Shown: in pieces, positions 50,601 to 62,919 of the stretch
Numbering within the stretch: the stretch's first letter is position 1
How the letters are laid out: the number at the start of each line of letters is the position of its first letter
From: Selaginella moellendorffii
Taxonomy: Eukaryota; Plantae; Lycopodiophyta
DNA length: 64,000 nt
Assembly (NCBI RefSeq): GCF_000143415.4
Contig: NW_003314344.1
Coordinates: 70,336-134,335, forward strand
Direction of reading: 5' to 3'
The notes under the pieces: generated by a model
Told to the model about the DNA's origin: nothing
What the model saw: the letters and a program-made list of their open reading frames with translations, nothing else
Databases searched by the model: none
Translations under genes and position numbers: made by a program

Positions 50601-52348
50601 GCGACAGTACCTTGGGAGACACTTCAAGGTTTACACGGACAATGTGGCAACGAAACACTTCTTGTCACAGCCCGACCTGAGGGGAAAACAAGGTCGGTGG
50701 GCCAATGCTTTGGCCGAGTTTGATTGCGAGATTCTGTACAAGCTTGGGAAGAGCAACATTGTGGCAGATGCGCTAAGTCAAAAAGCGAGCTTGAAGTTGG
50801 CGATATCTAGCGCGACAGCAACCTTTTGGGATGATGTGCGGACCACATACGAGAACGATGGTCTAGCACAAGAAGTGTTGCTGAGGAATCTAGAGGCACG
50901 GGAAGCTCACCAAAGAGGTGAGCTGCCAACAGAAGAGAAAACAGGCTATGCATAACGCAACGAACTCATATATTACAAGCAAATAAGGGTGTATGTTCCA
51001 GAAGGGGAACTAAGGAAGGTAGCCTTAGAAGAGTGTCATGACGAACCTCTTGCGGGACATGGCGGAGTGTCCAAGACAATGGGCTTACTCAAAAGGAAGT
51101 ACCACTGGCCAGATATGGCCAAGGATGTCCAAGACTATGTAAAGATATGTCCAACATGTCAGCAGGTCAAAGCCGTGACTAAGGCTAGTGGGGGCTTGTT
51201 ACAAAGCATCCCAATTCCAGATCGTCTGTGGAAATGTCTTACAATGGACTTCATCATGGGACTTCCCCCAAGCGAGGGGTTCGATGCGATATTCATGGTG
51301 GTGGATCGATTTTCGAAGATGGCACATTTCATACCCACCACAACGAAGGTGGATGCGGAAGGTGTGGCGAAACTGTTCTTCGAACAAGTGGTTCGAGTGC
51401 GGGGAAGGCCGAAAGAGATTATCTCAGATCGAGATAAAATCTTCACCAGTAGGTTCTGAAGGACACTCCTAGAACAGTATCGCACCAAGTTGAAATTCAG
51501 CACAGCATATCACCCGCAAATAGGTAATGGGTATTAAGTCAAGATTGATGGCACTAACACTTCTTGACAGACGGACAAACAGAAAGGGTGAATAGGCAGC
51601 TGGAGGATTATTTGCGATGCTATGTCTCGAGAGACCAGACTGATTGGGTAAGTCATTTGGGACTTGCGAAAATGTGTTATAACAACTCACCACATTCGAG
51701 CATCGGGGTGAGTCCATGGGAAGTCATCAATGGGCAAGCTATTGAAGGTCCTATGGAACTCGGCGTGGCCGAGTATCATGGAGAGTTACTCGCAGTGGAG
51801 GCATTCACGGCAGAAAGACTCAACATTTGGAATCTAGTGAGGGATTCTTTGGAACGGGCTCAACAAAGGTAAACTAAGTACGCAAACCAGAAGCACCGGG
51901 ATGTAGAGTTCCAAGCTGGGGAGAAAGTGTGGCTGAACACCAAGAACCTCAGGCTACCAAGTGGGATTAGCCGGAAGTTAACCCAAAGGTAAAAATGCGT
52001 GTATTCCTGTAAATGAATTGATCTTGAGTTCCTTAAGCAAGTTCGTGGGGCCTTACGAGATTGAAGCTCGAATCGGTAAAATGGCTTACCGTCTCCAACT
52101 TCCTCAAGAGATGGGGAAGATGCATCCCATATTCCACGTGAACTTACTCAAGCCATATTTTGAGGATCCGCTTCACAAGGACCAAGTAAGACCTTTACCT
52201 GAGGTCATCCAAGGGGAAGAGGAATATGAAGTCAAGGCCATCCTCAATGCAAGAGCAAGCGACAAGGACACGAGGTGAGAGAGTTCCATGTGAAGTGGAA
52301 AAGATTTCCACACTGTGAAGCGACATGGGAACCTAACGCGCGCCTAAG
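47650..52348 (+). pseudogene. gag-pol polyprotein (gag, zinc knuckle, PR, RT, RH, INT, GPY/F, chromodomain) with point nonsense mutations
   Basis: AKSWW, CYNCSEVGHFTREC, IFIDTGA, YIDD, ETDAS, HDEPLAGH...CPTC, MDFI, FVGPY, EYEVKAIL...VKWKRFPHCEATWE. One frame from 47650 to 51523. Several stops sit at expected W/Q/R codons. Confidence 0.93.
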
Positions 52349-52353
52349 GTAAG

Positions 52354-52599
52354 CTAATTAGCATGGGTTAATTAGGTCGACCAGGCGTAGGGAACTACGC
52401 CCGACTCCCTACAGGGATGTCGAATCCGTAGACGTATTCTACAGAGGTTGGGTTCGAGTCCCAACCCCCTAGTAAAGCAAGGCTGGGTTCAAGTCCCAAC
52501 CCCATACTAGGGTGTGGTGAGGTGAGGAGTATAGGGACACCTATATTCTATTGTCATGGGCTCTTGGCCAGGGAGGCTAACTTAGGCACACCGCTAAGT
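52354..52599 (+). other. Candidate structured RNA element between chromodomain and PPT
   Basis: At least six adjacent hairpins, including two with tRNA T-loop-like 7-nt loops (TTCGAGT, TTCAAGT) and one GGAA tetraloop. Folded by eye. Confidence 0.6.
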
Positions 52600-53974
52600 G
52601 AGGGGATGCCCCCGGAGACATGGTCAACAAGTCGTAGGAAAAAAAAGAGACGTTCGATGTGGGCATTGAACTTCTTCTATGGGTGGTGGAGTTGTAAGGA
52701 ACCAACTCCCCAAGGTGTCGTAGGTTAGAGGATCCCCGAAAGCATGACCAAAATGATAAAGAGTTCATCGGATGGGACCAAGTCTGAGATTGAGTCCAAG
52801 ACCGACTCGGAGACCGAGTTCGAGATAGAGTCCGGAATCGAGTCCGAGGCCGACTCGGAGACCGAGTTCGAGACCGAGTTTGAGACCGGGTTCGAGACGG
52901 AGTCCGAGATCCAAAATCGGGTCTGATACTGAGGCCAAGGTCGAGTCCGAGCTCGGGTCCGAGATCGGGTCCGAGATCGGGTCCGAGATCGAGTCCGAGA
53001 TTGAGTCCGAGACCGAATACAAAGTCGGATCCGAGATCGAGTTCGAGATCAAGCCAAAGACTGAGTCCGAGTACTAATACGGGTCAAGGGGTGAAAGCCC
53101 AAAGCGTGCGTCTCCCGGGGGGGGGGGGGCTGCAGGGGGTTCCAAAAGTATAGTAGGGATAGTGAGGTCCAGGAACCAGTTTTGAAGGAACTCTCCAGTG
53201 GGGCTTCCAAACTGACTTGAGGTTGGGACTGGGACCAAGGGGCCTTGGGTGGGAGTGAGCATGGACGTGGTTGGTGCCAAAGGGGCCATCCAAGGAAGTG
53301 CTCAAGAGTAGCTCCCACTCCCGAAAAGGAAACTGATTGCGGTGCTCCGGGCTCATGTGGAGTGGTGCCCCACTTGAGTACTATGCGGCTCATTGGTCCT
53401 CGCTCTTCTTAGGGGCTTGGACCTTCCCTTCAGGATGGAAGTGGGGGGGTAGAAGTACCCATACCGGGCTGTTAAGCCACGGTGTTTCGCCCCAGCGTCC
53501 CGAAGCAAGTGTTGCACCCAAGACTTGGGATTTAGAGGGTCCCATGATCAAGTCTTGTGGTACCAAGGGATGTTAGGAACCTGGAAGCTTGGTGTGCTTA
53601 GCTGCTTGTGCTTGTGGGGAGTGTAGCCGAACCTTAAGTCCAGTCTAACCCAGAGAGGGGGATTGGGAGAGATTTGGGAATCCATGAATGGATGGTTAAC
53701 ACTCCGTTGCTCGTGCAGTGAGTAGCTGAAACCAAGTAGGACCAAATAGGAGCTGGTACCATAGGCGGGAACCTTGGCGAGGGAACTTAGCAAAAGCCAA
53801 GGTAGTGTTGGATGGATAGACGAGGTAAGCTGGCAAATCGGAAAGGAAAAATTTGTGGCTTACAGGTAGCACATCCACATTAGACAAAGAGGTTACCCCT
53901 AACTCATTTAAGTTGGTGCATTTCCCACATAGTGTGAATACCGTAAACTTTTTCTGGAGTTGTTTCCTTGGCGG

Positions 53975-56900
53975 GAGTGCGGACCACTCTTGAGCTCATG
54001 AGCTTGTGAGTTGAGCTTGTGAGTTGAGCTCAATTTTCAATTACAGTTTAATACAAATATTATAAAATTTAAAAAATTAAGGTTATAGAAAACCTAACTT
54101 TATACTATATTTTCATAACTCTGTACATTTTATATGGATAAAACTATTTTAGAGGAGGCTTCTTATCCAAGAATATAAATATTTACTATATGTTATTTTA
54201 TTTAAGTTCGCCAAAACATAAAATAAAATGGTTCTAATGTTGGTAGTTTCAACTCTTGAAATCTTTCTTCTCAGGGTAGTAATTCAAGGACTAAGAGCTG
54301 CAATATTCATCCTATTGCATAACACATCCAAACCATATAAAAGATAGAAAAAGAGGATAATGAAAATAATGATCATATATTAGAGATAAATGCAATAATA
54401 AAGGGTGCAACAATTTAGGTGAAAAAAATGCCCTCCTATTTATTTTAAAAAATTATAATTTCGTGATTTTCAAGAAATGCCCTATCTATTTTCTAACTTT
54501 TGGTGGAAACAGTGGCAACAATCAATACAAGTTGCAATATATTGCAATATCATGGCCTCAAACTACTATGAAATATGTTTTGAGATTGTAAAGTCAAAAA
54601 CAAAGACACACTAGTATTACAGATAGTATTGTAAAAAGAAAACTTGGAAGTATATGAAATGAAATGAATGTTTTATTATTAATTATATAAAGTGTAAAAA
54701 GTGTATCTTACCGATAGAGAATAAATATCGATAGTATTATTAGCTCTAAAAGTCTTACAACTTAGCAGTAGTAAATCTTGCTTGGTGTATATAAATGTCC
54801 ACTTTAGGATCTTAGTGTAAAGTGTTGATGAAAATGTAATATATATATGCTTCCTATGCCTTCCTATATTTCTTGTGCTTAATAAAGTTTGGTTATGTGC
54901 AAGGAAAGTATTGAATAACAATTGTGTACTCTCTATTTTTTATTTTGACAATGTGCAATATCTTGGAGCAAAATGGTACTTAATATCAAGCCTGTGAAAG
55001 CTTTTCGCTCTAAGATTTATACCAGTATCTTCACCAATAAAAAAAAAACAACACTTTGAGTGAACAGTTTTCATATCACTAATAGAAGTTTGAGAATTGT
55101 ACTTCATAAATGTGCTACGAACCACTTTCTTAACTATAGTTACCACTTCGTGAGCTTGTGGAGTCACCTTCCTCTTTATCCTATTGTGTAACATTTCAAC
55201 AAAAGGCCTTGTTCTTAGTATCTTCCTTCTTCGAATGCTAATGCTTTTGAAAACTACTCTATAACATATATCAAATCCAATAAATATGTTTTATACAAAT
55301 TTATCTTCCCTTTCCCTACTTCAAAATAATATTAACTCCAGTGCTTACTCTTGGAGAGATTCATAATTGGGGTGTATATGAGGTCCTCAAGTGGTTGGTT
55401 CTAATAAAAAAGATAACATTAAAATGCAACAAAAATAAAGAAGAAATAAAAGACTTCATCTTTTCCAACCACTCTATCCCACAAAAGGAAGTAGTATATC
55501 TTGGCTTTGTAAATGGTACAACATAAAGGAAAATTCTTGCAAAACCAACACTTAAATTCAATAATAACGGTATCATGGGCAAGAGGATTGATTGTAGACT
55601 CTTCAAAAAATATAAAATTTCTATAGCCATTTTGATTACATGTTTTATCCATACAATCTAAATGACTACTATAGTGAACTATAAACATTGTTCAAAATGT
55701 TGGAAGTGTGTGGTCTTGATCTTACACTAGTTTTAGACATCTTACTTAGTCTCCATCCCTTTTTGTTTAGAACTAATATTGTTGATAAGAGGCTTTAGAT
55801 CAAAGAAGATATTGTTGTTGTAGTAGGATGGAAGCTCACTCATGGGTCTATATAGAAATAAGTGTATATTGACTGAGAAGTGGGAAAAGTGGAAAGAATT
55901 ACTAATAACTTTGAATATTATTGAAGATGAAGCTCATGAATTTGGGGCTAACACTAGCATAACTTTTCCACTTGAATTGGAAGAAGAGGAAAGGATGATG
56001 ACTAACTCTTTCTTCACATTCACTTTGGCTTAAACACTTTGATTTAAAATCCAAAAATGAATTTCCTTGAACTTTGAATTCTGCAAATTTTATTATTATC
56101 CACCCTTGCCCACACTAGAAAGAAAAAACATTGAGTAGCAACCATACTAGTGTTGTTGTGGATCACAACCTCTAACAAAATAGAGTCAAGATAAAAATAA
56201 AAATGGCGACATATAAACTTTTAAAAACATGACTTTGAGAGAACAAAAGTGGTGGATGATCTCAAAAATGTAGAAGAACCTTTTCATCCTTCTTTATAGG
56301 TTTTGGAGTTCTCTATCTCCCTTATGCTACTTATAAAAATCTATAGTGAAACATAAATTGAGATTTAAGAAGAGCAATAAGAAGAATAATAACAATGTAC
56401 AATAATTTAAATACTATAGCATATCTAATATGTGTAAGTGTGATAGTATTATCATGTGTTCTCCTGTCTATTGCATGCACACAAATCCAAGAAAAAGTTT
56501 TCAGCATGTGAAGTTTGATTGTTAGTGATGATAGTAATGACATTTTGCTTTGGCATGGAGATCCAAAATATCCGATCACATGTAAAATATCAGTTGTTTG
56601 TCAAATCTTTAGTGTTAGGTGATGTCAGTAATGATAATTCTTCAATGACATAGGTTTGATTCTCAATATGAGTTGAATTTTAGCCATATATGCAAATACT
56701 ACTCAATGACATTTAGAGCATGTGCCTATAATTTATTTTCATACACAATATAAAAAAAATTTATGGATGAGGATTCATCCATTCATAGATTAAAATAGTA
56801 AAATATATTTAATATAATAATGCAACACACCAGATTTATACTATTTAAAGATCTGTAACAAATCCAAAATATGTATGAAATCTTGTTGAGAATGCATCCT

Positions 56901-59900
56901 TTCTATATAATTGGAAAACTAATATTAATATTAATATTAATATATATACATATAATATATATACCATCATTTATAAATTTTTAAAAAATTCACATATAAT
57001 ATGAATGTATCTTATGTTATTGATAAAATAAAATAGGGTATAGGTCAAATAGTTTTTGGCCTCGAGGGCCCGAGGTTATTCAAATAACCTTCAGGCCCTT
57101 GGAACCCAAAAGTGCCCGAGGTCCAGCTCAAGCTCCCCACCTCGGGCAGTTTCTGGCCTTGAGAGCCCAAGGTTATTCAAATAACCTCGGGCCCCCAGAC
57201 CCAGAAAGTGCCTGAGGTCCAGCTTGGGCTCCCCACCTCAGGCAGTTTCTGGCCTCGAGGGCCCGAGGTTATTCAAATAACCTCGGGCCCCCAGACCCAG
57301 AAAGTACCCAAGGTCCAGCTCCGGCTCCCCACCTCAGGCAGTTTCTGGCCTTGAGGGCCCAAGGTTATTCAAATAACCTCAAGTCCCCCCGACACCGAAA
57401 CTGCCCCAATTCCAGCTCGGGCTCACCATCTTGCACAGTTTTTGGCCTTGAGGGCCCGAGGTTATTCAAATAACCTCAGGCCCCTGGACCCCCAAACTGC
57501 CCAAGGTCCAACTCAAGCTCGCCACCTCGGGTGGTTTTTGGCCTTGGGTGAGCTCAATAGTGCCACTAATATCATATCGAATCTTGTGGTTGAGTAGATC
57601 TGCAATACATTCCTAGGTATTGATTTGAAACTCCATTAGCAATACGTTTTTCTTGAGCTCTATTACCCACTAGATAGTATTGTGATTGATTGCACAATAA
57701 GTAATGGTTCTATAGTGGAGGTAACATATGATTCTAGTAGATTGGTGTTTACTATTAAAGAACATCATTTATTCAAACATTGGCTTAGAGCTACCTCTAA
57801 CTTCAAAGAGGTAAATTATATTTATTAAGATTTTAATACATGTTTAGTTTTGTTTTATAGATCATAGTCACCTAAAGTTAGAGGTTTTAGAAGTCTCCCA
57901 AAATATGCAAAATCTATAGCTTAAAAATGCAAAATAAGCACAATCCCAATATAAAAGAAGGCATAGAAGGAAATGATATATTGATGATGAGATAGAAGAA
58001 AGTTAAATGAATCCTTATTTGAGAAGAAAATCCTGTCATATATCAAAATGTCAGTAATAATGTCAGTAATAGTTGTCAATGTTAATATCATATTCCATAA
58101 TTACAAATTGGTATTCTCACATGCAACTGTCAGTTTGTAATGCTTATGTGTTGCTATCTCATCCTTCAATATGTTGTCAACAATTATATATGAAGTGATA
58201 ACACCCTTTATATAGTAGTTGCAGTAGTGCTTAAGAAAACTATAAAAGCCCGTAAAAATATCCTGACCCAAGAAAAAAAAGGCATATTAGGCATCTTAGT
58301 ATCAAACTCTCAATTTGTTCATTAATTCCCACTAAATCAAGAGTAAGTTCTTCTATGGATTGGGTGTAGTAGATTTCAACTTGAGGAAACTCCCCATCAT
58401 TAACTTTGTTAATAGCTTAAAAAAACCCATATTTTACACTAGCCAATGCATTATTTCCCAAGGGGATATTATTCCTCACCATGAAGCAATAGTGGGTATG
58501 TGTTCATAATTTATTCTTGAATTTATTGTACATCCACACTTTTAGACCTATTGTTAGGCAATTGCTATAGTGCTTAAGGAAATTTTGTAATGAAGACATT
58601 TTTCTTGTCCAAAAAAACAGTAACATACTAGACATTGAATATAATAGCATTTTGTGATTTTAAAGTAGTCTTATCATATTAAGAGTATGATCTTGCAAAA
58701 ACATGTGGCACTACTCTTGAAGTGTTAGAGGTATCCATCTCTAGTAACAATATTCAAAATTTTGTTTATAGGGAGCTCTAATTCAACTTCATAAAAACCC
58801 CAATAGAAAAAAGATTGTAATGTGGTTATAGTGGAGGTGAATGTGGAATGTTGGTAAACTTTAGGGATGAAGGTGGAGACTAATATGAGGTGTTAGGGAC
58901 TCACATATGAGTAGCAATGACTTTCCTTTGAGCCATTTCTATATTAAATTTTTAGGAGCGTAAGAATAATAAAAATACTATAATAACTAACTTTTCTTGG
59001 CATTTATATATTAATTTTTAGTCATGGGAATGAGGTTTTATTTATTATGACATTAATAATACTCAGATTCTTGAAATGTCAATCTAAAAAATGAGATTTC
59101 ATAATCATAGCCTACTTATGAATAGAAGAGCTTCTAGAATTCTAGATACACATGCTAGAATATTTATCATTCTAATGACCATCTATATATATTCTTTTCT
59201 ACACTTGTGCCAACTTTCTAGAAAAATACACAATAGGGAAATATAAATTATATTATAGTAGTAGAGTATGCAAGCACGTAAACCCATATGCATTCTCTTA
59301 TATGAGATTATCTTTCAATCTTGGAAATGTAAATAAACTTGATTCTTTGATGTGATATCACTTTTGAGTCTTTTAAAAGATTTTGATTTCTATTATTATT
59401 ATTCACAAATGACTCTCGAAAAATGCTAGTGAGGATTCATCCCAAAAATATACCTTGGTCTTCTCATATAGGAGGATCGCACTATAGAAAGGCAAGTAGA
59501 GTTTTTTTATATGAATTAATATATAAATTACTCTATAGAAAGCTTTATAGAGTAGATTTGTTAGTTTTTTTTTTTTTTTTTTTTTGCTATGTTCATTTCT
59601 TCATTTCTTTTGTTCTAGACTATTTTTTTAAAGGTAATATGAGCATTTTTATCAAAAGTGATAATAGTCTTTACATTCTCGGATGGGTAATAAGGACTAA
59701 GAGTGTAATATGAAGATTATGATAGTGAAAGGAAATTAATATTCTCACATTGATTTGCCCTATTTATAGATTTTTTATTTTACTTAAGAACTCTAGAATG
59801 AATGAATAGTACCAATATACACTATTAATGGCTACCCTTTAAAAATTTTATCTTGATTAATATTTAGGTTTTTTTAACAAATTGCAAGAAAATCAAAATA

Positions 59901-60153
59901 TGATAGTTGTAAAGATAGTCTTTAGTAAGAAAATAGATAGGTTCTCATGAACTTTATCTTTTCTAAATAACTCAATTTAGTAGAAACTTTTGACCTAGGT
60001 ATTTATATATTTTAACATTTTAAAGTTTGTCAGAACTTTAATTTTTTTAACATAGATTTTCTTTATAAGAGTTATAGTTGACTACATTGACTTACATTGA
60101 CTTGCACTGAATTGAGCTCAACTCATGAGCTCAACTCAACTTTGGACCATCCC
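53975..60153 (-). mobile_element. Decayed MULE-like DNA transposon (6.2 kb) with GAGCTC-rich imperfect TIRs
   Basis: Interrupts family B at GTTTCCTTGGCGGTATTC. Duplicated target CCTTGGCGG/CCTTGGTGG (8-9 bp). Minus-strand relic at 54750-55380 (NLSKSKHWS, VGKGKINLY, YHFAP, KHIY...DPKVDIYIHQA) is homologous to 24176-24830. Confidence 0.75.
57058..57545. repeat. GC-rich tandem array, five ~96-97 bp units, each with two inverted repeats
   Basis: Units start at about 57058, 57155, 57251, 57347 and 57444. Core GGGCCCGAGGTTAT-TCAA-ATAACCTCGGGCCC. Confidence 0.92.
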
Positions 60154-61069
60154 CCTTGGTGGTATTCTAGACTCAAGTATGCATCAAAAAGGACGTTGAT
60201 CTTCCCTAGGGGGGGAGAGTGTCGCGAATGTGACTTTGGGTATCAAAAGTTACCTGTCGACTAATCCTTACAGACACTCTTACCTTACTGCCACGATGGA
60301 AGGAGGTCGGTATTGCTAGACCCTTTATCAGCCCCTCTTGTGCTAGTGGAGTTAACTGGGCATTTCAAGTGTATTTAGACCGGACGAGCATAAGGACGGA
60401 ATTCCTACGTGCTATTAGCTAAACATACTTAGCCCGGTAAGGAGTTCCCGTCACGTTTTGTCTTGCACTTGTTAGTGACAAGAACCTTCATATATTGAGA
60501 CTAGTCCCTCAATAACGCTGGATGATAGCTTACCATGTTTGCCAAACACCCTTGCTATCATGCCCTTTGTGTTAGTCTTATAGTCTCATATAGGGGGTTC
60601 CAAATGTATAGTAGGGATAGTGGGTAGGTCAAGCATGGCTGACCAACCTGAGGCATAGTCTAGCTCCCGCTTGCATGCCTGTCCTTGTTCTGCATCTAGC
60701 TTGGGTCTAAGCCCAAGTTTCGTACCATGCTAGTTGGTGGGGTACCAATATCCTTGCGTTAGACCACCGGTATACCGAAATAGTGCCAGACTCCGTTTGG
60801 CTCCGTTTTGTGTGCTGGTCCTGGCATTGGGATGCTGGTTGCTCCAAGACTGTTCCAAGTTGCTCTGGGCTCCTGTCCCTTCACTCCTTGGGCTGTATGC
60901 TCGGGAGTCTAGTGTCAATGCTCCTTGGCTCCATGTTTGGGAGTTTGGTATTGTTCTTTCGTTCAGTGGCCCAAGGCCCTGAACTTTGGGTTCCACACCA
61001 CTGTCCTTTGGACACGTGGCATATGACACATGGCATGTGTCACGTGGCATAAAGAGGGTTTAGGTTCCA

Positions 61070-62290
61070 TAAGGGAGGAGTGAACAGAGTAGGAGAACTT
61101 AGCAAGGGGAAGTATATCGAACTAGTCATCCTGATGATAGTTGATGAAGCACCTTAGGAATTGTTCCAACATCTGAATCGTTCACTTGGATTGTCCATCA
61201 ATTTGAGAATGATATGCCGAAGGTTGGCCTTCACTCCAAGCAGCTGCAAGAACTGTTGCTAGAAATGAGAGATGAACTGAGATCCCTGATCCGAAACCAC
61301 ATCTGCAGGAATCCCATGAAGTCAGAAAATTTCCTTGAATACCAATTTTGCCATGTCCATACCCGAAAAATCCTTGGTACACAGCAGGAAGTGGGCCATC
61401 TTTGTGAAGCGATCCACCACAACTAAAATACTGTTGAAGCCTCCAGAACTTGGAAGATCACTCAAGAAAATCATGGAGATGGATTCCCAAGGATCTGAAG
61501 GGATTAGGAGGGAACGAAGCAAACCTGAAGGAAGGTAGCGAGGTACTTTATTCCGAGCGCAAGTGTCAAAGGAGGTAACAAAAGCTTTGATGTAGTTGTC
61601 TATGTGAGGCCACCAAAAGTCTTGTGCAACCAGCTCATAGGTTTTCGCAATGCCAAAGTGACCAGCAGTCGGGCTATCGTGGAACACCATCAGGACCAAC
61701 CTTTGAGCATCACCTTCAGGAATGTAAAGCTGCTCCCCACGGTACAACAAGCCATCTAGGAACTTGAACTCGTCAAATCACCGAAAGTCGGGAGTCAATG
61801 GGTGTCTAGCCTGAAGATCGGGGAAAATGTTGCTGGCGAGGTTGTCGGATTGAAGATCATTTCTGATCACATCCATCAAGGAGGAGTCCTGAGGAGCCAA
61901 GGAAATTGCCATAGCTTGAAGCTGATCAGGACTGAGGATAACCTGATCTTGTTGATCGAAGGCAGGATTACTAGGCCTGAGACTTAGATAGGAGTGCCTT
62001 GAAAGAGCATCAGGAAGGCCTTGAAGCTTTCCAAGTTTGTACTTGATAACAAAGTCAAATTGACTCAGGAATTATGCCCACCTTGCCTAACAACGGCTCA
62101 AAACTTGGGAAGTGACAAAGTACTCGAGATTTTTGTGATCCATCCAAACCGTTGTTTGATGGCTCACCAACTCCAAGAAACTATGCCACTCTCCAAAGGA
62201 ATCCATGATGGCAAGGAGCTCTTTGTTGTAGATTTCGTAATTGATCTCTGCAGGCTAGAATTTCCGAAAACTGATAGTTGTGGTTATGAT
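61070..62290 (-). mobile_element. Ty3/gypsy RNase H-integrase fragment (chromovirus, possibly Tcn1-like)
   Basis: HDSPTAGHFGIAKTYELV...FWWP, PWESISM, VVVDRFTKMAHF, AYHSQIDGQ. RH remnant AEINYEIYNKELLAI. Confidence 0.85.
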
Positions 62291-62299
62291 AGTTGTATT

Positions 62300-62900
62300 T
62301 TACTAATGAAGGAAGATCCTCCACTAAAGTTGAGTCTAGAGTGACTTTGTCATCAAGCTCCATGAGAGAGAGTTGGTCCCTAACAAGAAACAAGTCTAGA
62401 AGCCCATCCTCAATTAGGAACCACTCTAAAATGCTAAATGTAAAAGTTGATACAATATAAGCCCTATTTTCAAATAAAGAGGGCCTTGCTAGAGGCTCGG
62501 CGTTACTCTCAAATAAAGAGACTGAGGTTGAGAAATGTCCAGAGCTGTCTGACTTGTCTCCAAGAATGTCAATCGCATTGTATGAGAAAGCATCCATTGC
62601 ATAAATGATTGACTCCATTGCCAACTTCAGGAAAATCTCTGTAAACTCAAGAGGAAAATGTAATGTGGAGACCATCTCAGTCCAAGCCTTTTGATTGTGC
62701 TGAGAAAGAGCATTACCATGGTTGTTAAAAAAGGTGGCACTATAGATTCCATCACTAATTTCCATCATCCCTAATATATTGTCAATGGTGCAATGAGCTA
62801 GGAGTTGCCATGAGCAACCAAGGATTATAGAGTCCTTCAAGGAGGATGTTCCAAGACACTAGTAGTCAACCACAAGGAAATCTACCTCAAATATAATGCC
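62300..62900 (-). mobile_element. Third fragment of the Tat-like family (protease C-terminus + spacer)
   Basis: IILGCSWQLLAHCTID, then NAIDILGDK...DKVTLDSTLVE, matching 33043-33310. Confidence 0.8.
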
Positions 62901-62919
62901 TTACACCATTCTTACTCAA

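Larger units (their letters stand above)
46429..53864 (+). mobile_element. Full-length chromoviral Ty3/gypsy retrotransposon (family A)
   Basis: LTRs 46429-47590 and 52693-53864 (TGTAAG...CTTACA), PBS TGGTATCAGAGCC 47594-47606, PPT 52681-52692, TSD GGCAG/GGTAG. Confidence 0.96.
46027..61068 (+). mobile_element. Family B host element 3' remainder (46027-46428, 53865-53974, 60154-60219, partial 3' LTR 60220-61068), split by two insertions
   Basis: The pieces join to match uninterrupted 44342-44905 plus LTR. PPT precedes TGTCGCG at 60220. Confidence 0.85.

Noticed and set aside
52440-52512. tRNA gene
   Set aside because: Only T-arm-like hairpins are present. I could not find an acceptor stem, D-arm/A-box or anticodon arm in cloverleaf order.
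57058-57545. CRISPR array
   Set aside because: The sequences between the palindromes are themselves repeats rather than unique spacers. There are no cas genes and the context is eukaryotic.
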